A DNA stretch of 62,361 bases, filler included, from Dugesia japonica (GCA_001938525.1; 5 parts of 5 records of this genome joined end to end with filler, not necessarily neighbours in it), one strand, 5' to 3'; numbered from the whole stretch's first letter, positions 1 through 12,064 are shown. Made by a program: numbers and translations. Notes: generated by a model from the sequence alone, not told the origin.

Positions 1-273
1 AAAAAAACGTGTTAAAAGTAATCTTATAAACAAACTCCAAAATTAATTCCTGGAAATTCACTTAACATAAAACAAATCAATAAATTGTAATTCCAATTAT
101 TTTGCAAGACAACATGATTTTCATTTACTACACAAATATTTCCCAGGAGATCATTTTCTAATTACATCATTCATTGTAACATAAATGAAATATACTTTAT
201 TTATTTATAAAAATAATAGTAAATTTAGTAAAACATATTGTAAATGCATAAAAAATCTTTATTAACAAAATAT

Positions 274-1273
274 TCAGTCATCGTGGGTATCGTGAAATTT
301 GGTAAATCTTTTACTTCTTGAATGAATTTTCATTTCTTTTTCTTTAAACTGATTGAGTTCTGAACGTATATATTCCTAAAGAATGCGATTATGAACTCAA
401 AATATTACTTTCTGCTTTACTTTATCATATTCTGTGAGCCTGGTCCATGTTTTATTGATTGTTCTGTCATAATTATCTGTTTCTTGTACTTCAATGAAAT
501 CATTGAATTTGATGATTTTCTTTTTTTTCAGTTCAATAACAGTAGGCCGAGATGACAGCTGAAATCAACATTAAGAATCAGATATGACGTTAATTCAAAT
601 TGTATTCAGTTCATAATGTTTACTTATTTATAATTATGAATGTATTATTTAAGATTATGTAATATTTCAANNNNNNNNNNNNNNNNNNNNATATTCGATA
701 TGCAACTAATTATATTTACCTTTGTAACATATCCGATTAAATTAAATTTTGAAAATTACTGTTGTAAAGATTAAATAATAAACAAAATGACTATATAAAT
801 GTAAAGATCTTCATTTACTTGAAATATAATTTTTATTATTGAAACAATGCATTTAATAAAGAAAATTAAAAAAAAGAAATTACAAGAAATTGTTTTCATA
901 GTGTTTTATAAAATATTTCTTCGTATACCCAGCCTGGTTTTTATATTTTTAAAATGGATTTAAAAAAATTAAAAATATATTGAGAATATAAAATTTGAAT
1001 ACTTATAAAAATTTCCATATCAAATAGAAATGATTATTTGTCGAAATTACATAAAATTAATATTCATAATCGATTAAAATTTATTAATGAAAATATGTAA
1101 GTATTATAATCTATTAATAAATTTTTACTGAAAATGGAAAATTACAATCAACAATTAAAATCGATTACTTTTGTAGAATTGAAAAAATTATTTCATTCAA
1201 TAAAAACTAACCTTTTCATTCAATACGATTCTCGTTTTTTCAAAGTCATATTGTCCAGTGAATCCATTTTGAT
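274..1273 (-). CDS. PHACTR: Phosphatase and actin regulator (PHACTR/scapinin family), last three coding exons: 1273-1212, 558-421, 375-274; upstream exons not identified
   Basis: Splicing at canonical GT..AG sites (introns 559-1211 and 376-420, the latter 45 nt) gives ...QNGFTGQYDFEKTRIVLNEK|LSSRPTVIELKKKKIIKFNDFIEVQETDNYDRTINKTWTRLTEYDK|EYIRSELNQFKEKEMKIHSRSKRFTKFHDTHDD*. This matches the last RPEL motif plus the PP1-binding C-terminus of PHACTR (LSQRPTVEEL...IRFSDYVEV...YDRR..KPWTRLT..DK..IRKELNEFK..EM.VH..S...TRFH). Confidence 0.93.
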
Positions 1274-1889
1274 CTAAATTAATTGATTTAAATAAAAAAT
1301 AACTTTAAAAATTCATTAAATTTATGTAGCAAAATTGAAAAAATTAATTTTATAAAATGCATTTGATTAATTACGAAAATTTAAAAGAAAAGTTAACACG
1401 CAACATAATTTTCCTATAAATTATTGATAATCTTGATTCGAAAGTTATTTGATATCAAGAGTTACTTTTTTTAAATAATATTGTTTTATTAATATAATGA
1501 ATTGCATTACGAAATGGTATTACAAATTAATTAGCGTAAAAATAACCGTGTCATCCAAGATAAATAAATAAACTCAATTTTTGCAGATTCTTGATCTCCT
1601 ACCTTTACCTGATCACATTTCATCACACAGTGTCTGACCCACAGAATATGATATTCTTCACAAAAATCTTTGTTATATTTCATTTTTGACTGATCAGCAG
1701 TGATAATAAGGCTTAAAACATAACAAAATTGATATTTAAACGTTGTTAGTTGAGTTTGGAAGACTCAACGTATCATTAATATCAAAATTCAAATTCATTA
1801 CAACAATTTATTGAAAATCAAAACTTTATCCAACAATATTTTTTAAACAAACAAATTAAAATCCCTTTTTTTCATTGGTGATCATTTTT

Positions 1890-2277
1890 CAAAATCTAAA
1901 ACTGTAATTTATTTATTTAAAATTTAATTTAATTTATTTCCAACATTTCATTTATTTATTTAAAATTTAAGGCAATTTCTTTCACCTTGAAAATTTTATT
2001 TATTAAAAATTTACTTTATTATCCAATCATCATTTTTGAATTTTTTAAATTGAACTTAATTTATTTAAAATTAATTTCATTTATTTCAAACATTTTATTT
2101 ATTTATTAAGATTTTATTTTATTATCCAATCATCATTTTTGAATTTTTTAAATTGAAACTTAATTTATTTAACATAATTTTAATTTAATTTATTTCAAAC
2201 AGATTTATTTATTTATTTAAAATTAAAATAAATTTCCGTTTACTGAAAATTTTAATTTATCATTTAAAATAAATTTT
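1890..2277. repeat. AT-rich degenerate tandem repeat (~100-bp period) running into a gap
   Basis: ATTATCCAATCATCATTTTTGAATTTTTTAAATTGAA recurs at ~2018 and ~2121; ATTTATTT(C)AAACATTT blocks also recur. Confidence 0.6.
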
Positions 2278-3653
2278 NNNNNNNNNNNNNNNNNNNNNNN
2301 NNNNNNNNNNNNNNNNNNNNNNNNNNNNNNNNNNNNNNNNNNNNNNNNNNNNNNNNNNNNNNNNNNNNNNNNNNNNNNNNNNNNNNNNNNNNNNNNNNNN
2401 NNNNNNNNNNNNNNNNNNNNNNNNNNNNNNNNNNNNATATATTAATAGTATATTATATTAATTTTAATCATTTTATTAAGATTGAAAATTTTTACTACAT
2501 CTTTACTAAAGTAATTTAGATAATTAAATAACAACATGGTAAATAAAATAGAAATCAGTAATTTAATTCAGTAAATAAAAGTATTGGATTTTAGCTCTGT
2601 GTTATGTAACCAAAATCAGTACTTGAGAAATTCGACCCAATGCTGCTTTGGAGATTTCGTTAAAAAATTAAAATCCGAAATTTATTCAATGTGGTAATCA
2701 CCTGAATCAATTTATTAAACTGGCAGATTTTCTTTAGTAAGAAATCTGAATTACAAAGTTTTACACCTTAAATTTCTTAAGATGCTCACAGTAGCTTTAG
2801 ATACACCTCTTTGTGTTTATAATGGCTTCAGTTGCTTAAAGATTATTACCGGGGTATTTGGGATAAACACAAATAATATTTTACAATTAAAATTATTGCG
2901 AGAATAATTGTTGGACTTCACCATTGATCGTATTTCAGATTTCATTAAAATATAAGCTTCGATCAAAGTTTTGTTTTGTTTCTTTTACTATTCGAATTTT
3001 CGACTATTGCCTTCTTCGAGAATATAACGTTTTAATACTATACAAAGATAACTTGATACAGTAAAATAGTAAATTTTTATTTTATTCGGCTTTCATTTTC
3101 AGAAAATATGCTTTTAGAAAACACAAAACATCCACTAATCTATCACTTAAAAGATGACCTCATTTAAATAACTAAATTTCTTGAAATAGAAAAATACTCA
3201 TTCGCTAGGTAATAAAGTAGGATGCATAGTTTTTAATCTAAAATCTTTGTTTGTAAACTCGTAAATAGAGAATTCTGCCTCAACGTTTTTGAATTTAGTG
3301 TTTTTCCCTCGGTTCCTCAAGAAAAATGTGTATCGCTTCTTTCATGCTTCATTCAAAACTCTGATTAATTTTGGCACATTCGCCGCCAAAATCCATTTCC
3401 TTATGTATAAGACAAATCGAATATATTCTGAATATCTAGCTTAATTTAAATATATCTCTTTTCAAAGCAAGTTGAAACAGTCGATCTAATTAAGGAAATA
3501 TTTTTTTAGATTTTGCAAGTATTATGTGTGCATTAATTTAATACTTAAAAATGTTTTTTAAAAAGTTTTGAACTTTTATTATAGCCGTCTAATGTTCAGT
3601 ATAATTACTTAAATCTTTGTTTGAATAAACTGAATGATTGCATATTTTTCATT

Positions 3654-3694
3654 TTGTCTGATGATAACGATTGATTCGTAGAAATACTTCACAA
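3654..3694 (+). ncRNA. Degenerate minimal type I hammerhead ribozyme candidate
   Basis: TTGT-CTGATGA-TA-ACGA(TTGAT)TCGT-A-GAAA-TACT-TC-ACAA. Both core boxes are present, with stem II ACGA/TCGT and stem I TTGT/ACAA; the stem II closing pair is mismatched and stem III is imperfect. Confidence 0.4.
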
Positions 3695-5289
3695 TAAAGT
3701 TTTATTTTAAATTACGTTATTTTTTTTATCAAACGTTTGCTATTGTTTTTCTTAAATTAATTGTCAATATATCTTAGATATTTTCATTGATTATAAATTA
3801 ACAAAAATTCCAATTAAAATAAAATCTAAATAACTACTAAATAATAAACATTACAAATAAACATAAAAATACGAAAAATTTGCAAGTTTCATTTATCAAT
3901 TAATCCGATTTTAAAAAACAGCCAAGACCTAGTATATGACCAATCTTATATTAAAATTTATTTTAACCAATTTTTAGTGGTTAATATTTTTTTACAATTA
4001 ATACATCTTCATTAAAAATCTTTTTAAATAAATTTTTAAAAATTTTCAAAAAAAATTTTACATTTTTAATTTATCCTTATAATTGTATTTGCTTTTCGAG
4101 TTATTTCGGAAATGATTCTAAAAGAGTTAAAGAGAAATTTTTTAAATATTTATTAATAAATTCTTATTAGATTTCCTTCTTTTATAATATAATTGTAATT
4201 CAAATGGATTTTATGGTTAAATAAAATGAAGCTGTCAAAGCAATTGGATTATTTCAATTTTAAAATTGCACAAAGTGTCTGATTCATCAAAATTAGTCAT
4301 TAAAAAATTACCGAATCTTAAATATAACAGCACTTTACTTTTGCGCAATTAGTATGTCTCTTTTCGCCTGAATTTTTTCAAAATAATCAATTGATTCTTA
4401 TTTAAAATTTATTTTAGTTTTATGCCACTTGGAATTCAGGTTGATAAATTGAAATAAATCATTACTAACAAATTGGACACATTGAAAACACGAAATAGTA
4501 CGACAAAAATGCCAAACGATTAGTAATAATCCTATGATGTCAACTGCATTATTTTATCATGTAATTCATGATTATAATGAATATTTTAATAGTCTGTAAC
4601 TTTATATTAGAGAAATTTGTTGACAGGAAATACTATTATTTTCACTATATTTACCATGTGACATTTTCACTGATTTTCCTTTACGAAATGTGGTGGAGAT
4701 TAAATGAAAATATTTATTGCATTAAAATAAAATAGCATTATTTTAATATCAATATTATTTTTTTGAATTTTCACATAATAATGGATATATGAAGAATACA
4801 TTTCGGATCAGTTTAATATTTAAATTGAAGGCATAATTTTGATAAAAACATATTTATCAAATAATATAACATTTTGTGGTATAATGACAAATTTGACGCT
4901 ATGGAAATTTTTCTACTGTCAAGAAAATAAAATTAACATAATAACTAATTTGAATTAAATCAAAAACTTCAAAAACAACAAATAATTTTCATGGGTAAAA
5001 CATCAGTCCATTAAATAAATAAAGTATTTTTCATTATTTCCAATTTTTTTATTTAAGTCAACAATTGATTATAACAAAACAACATCAATGTATAATAAAA
5101 TCAAACTTGATTGAATGGAAGGTTTTAAAATTATGAGTTTTAATAAAATTAAATCAAAAATTGGTAATGAAACGATTCTTAAATTTTTCAAAGTTCAATA
5201 AATAAAATAAACGGTTTTTCGATTCAATTTCATAAGGAATAAAAAAATTTAAAAATAATTTTTTATAAATCAATTTTATAAATATTCTA

Positions 5290-5894
5290 TAATGGTTTTT
5301 ACCCCGTGGTTTGCGGACCCCCGGATATTAATAGCTTCTTTCTATGAAGTCCACTAGGATATAAATTTTTTAAATTAATTTAAGGCTTGTAAGNNNNNNN
5401 TTATGCCTTGAAAAATTTTTCAATTTAATTTTAATCATTTGTTCAAAACTTTTAAAAAAATTTTCAAAATATATTTTACTTTCAAATTTGGATAAAAAAG
5501 TATTTTAGGGCATAAATTACTTGTTTGAATATTATAAATAAATTCTCTTTTACAACTTTTGTGAAATTCAACCCAACTTGTCATAATAAATAAATTTTTG
5601 GATTGAAAATTTTAAGAGTTCATTTAATTAATATGGCCAATTAATAGTAACTATTTTTCTAATATTTTATTTAAGTTGTAAAATCCATTTTATATTATTG
5701 TTCTTTTTTATATTTCTATTAAAATATAAAATAATACACGCATCTATTTACTTTAGTGTTAATAATATTTGGTATGAAATTTACAATGAGCAGATGATAC
5801 TCATTAAGAAACTAAACATACAATATCCAGCGGTCCGTCACTTTAACAAAATATATTGAAAGAGCCCGTGGTAAATAAAATATTAAGAATAGCT
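5290..5894. mobile_element. Possible decayed hAT-type non-autonomous element
   Basis: GC-rich ends TGGTTTTTACCCCGTGGTTTGCGGACCCCC and GGTCCGTC...CCGTGGTAAATAAAATATTAAGAATAGCT resemble hAT (Charlie-like) termini; no TSD seen. Confidence 0.3.
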
Positions 5895-6249
5895 TTTGTA
5901 AATGATTATAAAACAGATTATTTACATAAAATAAATAAATCGAACTTATTGATTTATTTTTGTGAATATTTTTCTAAAAATAGCTAAGTTATTTTTTTAA
6001 AATATTTTTTAAAAAAATCGTACAATAATCTCTGGTGATACTACCAAAAAATAAATTAGTGCTAACTATAAAACGATGACAATGGAAATTTAAACGATTT
6101 TTTCAGATAAATGTGAAAACTAAAAAACTATTAATAAACAAGATTGACGGAAAGGAAAATCAATAGACTATAAACAAAATTATTATATAAATAATCGAAA
6201 AAATGGCTATTTTTTAAAATAAACTTTGAAACACCATTTAAATATATTT

Positions 6250-6294
6250 TCGTATTACATGTTTCGACAAAATATCTGTCATCTTCAGATACAA
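6250..6294 (-). ncRNA. Minimal type I hammerhead ribozyme in the terminal repeat of a Penelope-like element
   Basis: Minus strand: TTGTAT-CTGAAGA-T-GACA(GATATTT)TGTC-GAAAC-AT-GTA-ATACGA. Core intact, 4-bp stem II, palindromic stem III ACATGT, stem I TTGTAT/ATACGA; lies just 3' of the GIY-YIG coding region. Confidence 0.88.
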
Positions 6295-8547
6295 TAATTT
6301 ATTTATTTTTTAAAATTCTTTATTAAAACAATATTTATTCTCTATTTTATATCTTTTTTAAAAAATGCTTATACATAATAAGTTCTGATTATGTAAGCAT
6401 TTATGCAATCTCTCCAATAAATCAAATTAATTAAAAATATTTAACAAAGATTTAGAAAGACCAGTTTGAACATTGATTTTTGGATTAATTGATGTAATCA
6501 TCAATGCTTCATACATGATGCTTTGCCAAAAATCTTCAAAGTTTTTGCACAAAATTTTAAAATTATTTATACTGATAACTGATTTACAATTATTATTTTA
6601 TTCAGCAGTATTACTTGCACTACTAACTCGACGATGTTTTTGAATTCTTGTTTAGAAATGACGTGAAGTCTCTCCAATGTGTGGCATTACACCCATTACA
6701 TTCATATTTATAAACAAGATCAGAACACAGTTGAATTAGTGTTTTAGATTTATTACTAAACGTATTTATGATTTTATAAGCTTGCAAAACAATTTTAAAA
6801 TTCAAAGAGTCATTTCTATGTTTCAACACCCCACTCTTAAATTGTTTAAATCCTTCCGAATACCGAATAGTTAATATGTAACTAAATCTATCTATCTATC
6901 TTATCTGGGTCTTTGATAATACTTTCACAATTTAAATTATTATTACCATTATTATTGACATCTTTAATTTCATTATTATTTTTATAAACGATCTTATCAA
7001 TTGTTTCACTATTTAATTTCTCCCCAATTTATTTACAATAACCATTTTTATTTAGTAAAGAAGTTAAGCTTTGAATATTGGCACAAGACTTCAAAGGAAA
7101 GAGTCTACGATTTATACAACAGTCTTTTAACCAAATGATACTTGTAACGAGATTGGCAAAAACTAACAGGAGATATATACAAGTCTGTATTCGTTGGTTT
7201 GTGATAAATCTCAGTTTCATATTGTTTGGACTTTCTTTCCATTAATAAGTCAAGGAAAGAAAGTTTAGATTTAGATTCCATTTCTGTAGTGAATCTAATG
7301 TTACTATGCAACGAATTCATATAGTTTAGGAATGGGTCAATATCTACTTGGTTATTAAAATCCTAAATATATAATACATATAACACTAGTAGTTTATTTC
7401 CAATAAACAAATCAATCTTTTCCTCAATATTCAACAAAAACAAAGAAGCTAAAGTAGGAGCAAGGGGTGAACCCATAGCAACTTCATTAACTTGCTTGTA
7501 CCATTCATCATTAAACAAAAAATGTATATTAGACGTAGCGCAGCTCAAAAGTTCCCTAAAGGCAGTCACACTGAACAAATTATGCTCAGACGGATGTTTC
7601 TCCTATAATTCACAACAAAGATTAAAAGTTTTCTTCTAATGTAACATTTATAAATAAACTAACAGCATCAAAAGATACCATACCAGTCAGTACTACTAAA
7701 AACTTCAGAATTAGAAATAAAATTACAAAAATCAAAGTATCCTTGTATTCATATTTGAAGTAAATCAAAGGTTTAATTTTCTTATCTAAAATCTTAACAA
7801 GATTATACTGAACTGTGTGAATCATAGATAACACAAATCTCATATGAACATGACTCTTATGGACTTTAGAAAGACCATACAACTAAGCTGCCCAACCACC
7901 TTAAGAATTGTATATTATACAATTCAGAATCAAGAAGTTTGCCACTGATTAATTTTTTTAATTAATTATTCAAACTTTCTTAGTTTTTGATTGGTAGCAA
8001 TTTACCATTATTACTTATGTAATAGAAAAATAATTCAAAAGTACATTATACTTATCAAATTTAAAAATTTTAATTGGTAAGATTTTTTAAAATATTAAAA
8101 TCCCTGTTACTTTGCTTAAAGTTTTTGTTTCAATATTCATTAGAATATTTTAGTAACGCGTGTTTTAAATTTATAAAAATTACAATAAAATTTTTTACCA
8201 TCAAATTTAGGTCCAAATTTTAATAAATTTCTTTCATCATCTGATAAAACTATATCACTGAAATTCAAATTTAAAAAACACCAAAAGGCTTTCTTAAATT
8301 ACAAATACTTTTATTTTGTGCAAAAATTGTATTTTTAATTAACTTATTTGAATTATTAATCGAGACTTTAATGCATAAATGAAAACAATCAACAGAACTT
8401 ACATATAGCATTTCTCTAATCTTAGTTAATTGATTAACTATATCGCTTCTCATTCTTTTCTCTTTTTCCAGCATTCTTAGAATTTTCTTATGAATTAATC
8501 TTGTATCTTCTTTCGATAAACAATCATGTATTGATTTGGTGAAAATA
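6250..8547 (-). mobile_element. Penelope-like retroelement (RT + GIY-YIG endonuclease), decayed and truncated by the scaffold end
   Basis: RT motifs YGLSKVHK, SFDAVSLFINV, YKQVNEVAMGSPLAPTLA, IRFTTEME...LSFLDL...IYHKPTNTDLY. Endonuclease LVYKYECNGCNAT/IGETSRHF*TRIQKH and EALMITSINPKIN. Many stops and frameshifts. Confidence 0.93.
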
Positions 8548-8647
8548 NNNNNNNNNNNNNNNNNNNNNNNNNNNNNNNNNNNNNNNNNNNNTTAATTAAT
8601 TAANNNNNNNNNNNNNNNNNNNNNNNNNNNNNNNNNNNNNNNNNNNN
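8548..8647. other. Artificial scaffold-joining spacer
   Basis: 44 N + TTAATTAATTAA (stops in all six frames) + 44 N. Confidence 0.97.
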
Positions 8648-8999
8648 AAATATTTTTTAAAATTTACATCAAATAAATTTATTCATTCATGCATGCGTTG
8701 TAATTTCTTTAAAACTAATCCCATTATTGCAATTTTTTTTAGCAAATATAATAATACTTTTCCTTTTGGAAAATAGATATTTTATTTTTATTTGCTTAAT
8801 TTTTATTATTTTACTAAAAATGATAATTTTCCTAATTAAGATTTTCTCTTCCAAATTTAGATAATTATTTTAACCAATAAAAATTCATGAAAAAAATATT
8901 TTCAAAAATTTATTTTCAAACACACAATTGATATCACTGAAATTGTTCAAATATATTTTTTATTCAGATTGATGTACTTCACTGTTCACATATAAAAAC

Positions 9000-9419
9000 A
9001 TGAAAAATTATTTTTCATCTTTGAAAATGAAGCTGAAAGATAATCATATTTTCACAAATATTTCCATTTCTATTTTAACATCGATTGTGATTTGTTTACT
9101 ATTTTTATTGGTTGATCATTTTATTGTAACTCCATCTTTACATTCAACAACAATCGAATCTCAGAAATTCACAAGTACGTTATTTGGAATTTCTGAAAAT
9201 TTTCAGTCAAATCAAAAAAGAAAAAAGATTTTGAGAAATGAAATTCTTATTAATAATTTATCGAATAATGTGGAAAATTTAGAGAAACGCTTTGAAAATC
9301 TATACGATAGTATTATAATTATGAGGACAAAATACAAAATCTTATTAAAAAACAATCAATATTTTCTGGAAAAATTGGAAATTATTGAAAATTCAGTAAA
9401 GACTTTAAGTAAATTATAA
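9000..9419 (+). CDS. Hypothetical 139-aa protein with N-terminal transmembrane helix and C-terminal coiled coil
   Basis: Uninterrupted ORF in very AT-rich DNA; hydrophobic ISISILTSIVICLLFLLV; heptad-like LSNNVENLEKRFENL...LEKLEIIENSVKTL; polypyrimidine-CAG acceptor at ~8967. No family recognised. Confidence 0.45.
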   Translation: MKNYFSSLKMKLKDNHIFTNISISILTSIVICLLFLLVDHFIVTPSLHSTTIESQKFTSTLFGISENFQSNQKRKKILRNEILINNLSNNVENLEKRFENLYDSIIIMRTKYKILLKNNQYFLEKLEIIENSVKTLSKL

Positions 9420-10103
9420 ATTTGTTTTAAATGAAAATTACACATTTTCATAAATTTAGGGAAAAATATTTCGGCTGGAAAAATTAAGCTCTATTGAAAG
9501 TTTTGGGCAAAGTAATAAAATATTTTCCATTAATTATTTTATTTTAATATGTTTATTGTATTTTATTTTATTTTAATTTAATTTTATTTATCTATGTATC
9601 TATCTATGTATCTACCTATGTATCTATCTATTCATTTATAAATAGATTTTTCCCTTTATAAAAATCATTTATTTCTTTGTTTTATTTCTAAAATATTTCT
9701 TTAAACTTGAAAAATGTCAAAAANNNNNNNNNNNNNNNNNNNNNNNNNNNNNNNNNNNNNNNNNNNNNNNNNNGGAAATTATTGAAAATTCAGTAAAGAC
9801 TTTAAGTAAATTATAAATTTGTTTTAAATGAAAATTACATATTTTCAAAAATTTAGGGAAAAATATTTCGGCTGGAAAAATTAAGCTCTATTGAAAATTT
9901 TGGGCAAAGTAATAAAATATTTTCCATTAATTTTTTTTTAAATATGTTTATTGTATTTTATTTTATTTATCTATGTATCTATCTATTTATCTATTTATGT
10001 ATCTATCTATTCATTTATAAATAGATTGTTCCCTTTATAAAAATCATTTATTTCTTTGTTTTATTTCTAAAATATTTCTTTAAACTTAAAAAAATGTCAA
10101 AAA
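9377..10103. repeat. ~350-bp duplication either side of a 50-N gap (probable uncollapsed overlap/allelic haplotypes)
   Basis: 9377-9723 is nearly identical to 9774-~10103 apart from a few substitutions and microsatellite-length differences. Confidence 0.85.
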
Positions 10104-10284
10104 ATGCCCTTTCAATTGGTACTCCAACAGAATCTGAGAGTTTTCTTCAAAATTATTTTCTGTTTTATTTATCACACTAATAATCACTATTCACTCATTT
10201 ACTCTTACATGGTTTCGTCAAAAATCTGGAAAAAGTAACAATCTTATGATACAAATGAAATTACCATTAGAATAATATATAAAA

Positions 10285-10461
10285 ATATAATATAATATAA
10301 TATAATATAATATAAAACAATATAATATAATATAATATAATATAATATAATATAATANNNNNNNNNNNNNNNNNNNNNNNNNNNNNNNNNNNNNNNNNNN
10401 NNNNNNNATATAATATAATATAATATAATATAATATAATATAATATAATATAATATAATAT
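10285..10461. repeat. (TATAA)n microsatellite with internal gap
   Basis: Direct reading. Confidence 0.95.
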
Positions 10462-10531
10462 ACAAAAAGTTAAACAATAATGGCAATTTATTGATAAATT
10501 CTGAAACACGCCATTTAAACCAATATTTATT

Positions 10532-11060
10532 AATAGCTACATGTTTCGACAGTATATCTGTCATCTTCGGTCAAACTGTTTTAAACTATGAATTGAGTAT
10601 TTTATTAAAATTCTGTATTATGTAATCAATTATGTACCAGCCCCAATCAAATTCAAATTAAATAAAGATATTCAATAAATATTTCGAAAGACCAGTTTGA
10701 ACATTAATTTTTGCATTGTAAGATTTAATCATTTTTGCTTCGCACATGACTATCTCCCAATAATCTTTAAAGTTTTTGCACAAAATTTTGAAATCATTAA
10801 TATTTATAACTGATTTTCAATGAATATTATGTTCTGCAATATTACTGTGACTACCTAACCAACTATGTTATTGAATTCTTTTACAGAGATGACGGGAAGT
10901 CTCTCAGATATATGTAGCATTACACCCATTACACTCATATTTATAAATAAGATTAGAAACCAATCCATAAGGAGTCTAAGACTTATTACTGAACGTACTT
11001 ATAATTTTAAAAGACTGAGAAACAATTATAAAATTTGGGAGATTTACTGAAAATCTTAGC
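10532..11060 (-). mobile_element. Penelope-like element 3' fragment (GIY-YIG C-terminus + mutated hammerhead), related to 6250-8547
   Basis: NLIYKYECNGCNATYI*ETSRHLCKRIQ*H; collinear with ~6430-6800; at 10532-10580 the minus strand reads CCGAAGA-T-GACAG(ATATA)CTGTC-GAAAC-AT-GTA. Confidence 0.88.
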
Positions 11061-11091
11061 AAACAATTTTTAAAATACTTAAAGCCCTCAG

Positions 11092-11105
11092 AATAATAAT
11101 AATAA

Positions 11106-11164
<59 letters not shown>

Positions 11165-11241
11165 NNNNNNNNNNNNNNNNNNNNNNNNNNNNNNNNNNNN
11201 NNNNNNNNNNNNNNTAATAATAATAATAATAATAATAATAA

Positions 11242-11272
<31 letters not shown>

Positions 11273-11283
11273 AAGAAGAAGAA
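11092..11283. repeat. Compound (AAT)n-(AAG)n microsatellite with gap
   Basis: Direct reading. Confidence 0.95.
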
Positions 11284-12029
11284 AAGAATGTTTTGTGAAT
11301 CTTCAAATTAAATAAAACATAAAAGTTAATTATTTCCAATAAAGAAATATTTTTAGTTATTTTTCAAGCAAATTTTGAATAATATTTTGTTTTATTCAAA
11401 TAGTAAGAACAGCCCAGTAAAAAACAACACAATCGTATTTTTATAAATTATCCAGAACTTATAAATGAATTTCTTGTCATACATTTTTATTAATACAATT
11501 CGAATTTACTTTGACTGTATTTTTAATAATTTATTATTTATTTTTGTTTACATTTTATATCTGGTGTTTATTTGATTGATTTATTTAAACAACAGTTTTT
11601 TAATTAAAAAATTAAATTACCATTAACAAAAATTTCATATTTCCTTCATTCTCTGTATTTTATCAAGTAGTGAATTTTTTCCATTATAAATTTAAAACAA
11701 ACAATTAAATCTAACACAGTAGTAAGTTGATCCATAAATATCAGTTTTTGTTTTAAGTTTTGATATTTTCAATATAAACTAAATAGAATTTAAAAATTTT
11801 TAAAACAGAAATCAAAATTATAAAAACCAATTATTTTCACGTAAAACTATTTCAAATAAAATAAAAATTTTCAAAATTCAGACAGAAATATCGATTAATT
11901 TATTTAAAATCGATAAAACACAAAATTTTTACAATNACAATTANTGCGAGAANAATTGTCAAAAGTAATCATTGATCATTTTTCAGAATTCATTAAAATA
12001 AAGTTTTCAGTCTTAAATCAAAAAAAGCC

Positions 12030-12064
12030 AATTCCTGACGAAGACAAAGTCGAAAATTAGAATT
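12030..12064 (+). ncRNA. Ultra-short type I hammerhead ribozyme candidate (35 nt)
   Basis: AATTC-CTGACGA-A-GAC(AAA)GTC-GAAA-A-TT-A-GAATT. Perfect 5-bp stem I, both core boxes, 3-bp stem II, loop-less palindromic AATT stem III, UUA cleavage triplet. Confidence 0.6.

Noticed and set aside
8592-8603. TTAATTAATTAA palindrome as a biological repeat or CRISPR-like unit
   Set aside because: Always centred in exactly 44+44 N; synthetic linker. No CRISPR array, rRNA or tRNA gene was recognised in the window.
10244-11339. ORFs rich in YYIIL, poly-I/Y/S (also poly-N/L at 17672-18126 and poly-Y at 58234-58467)
   Set aside because: Translations of microsatellites and N gaps
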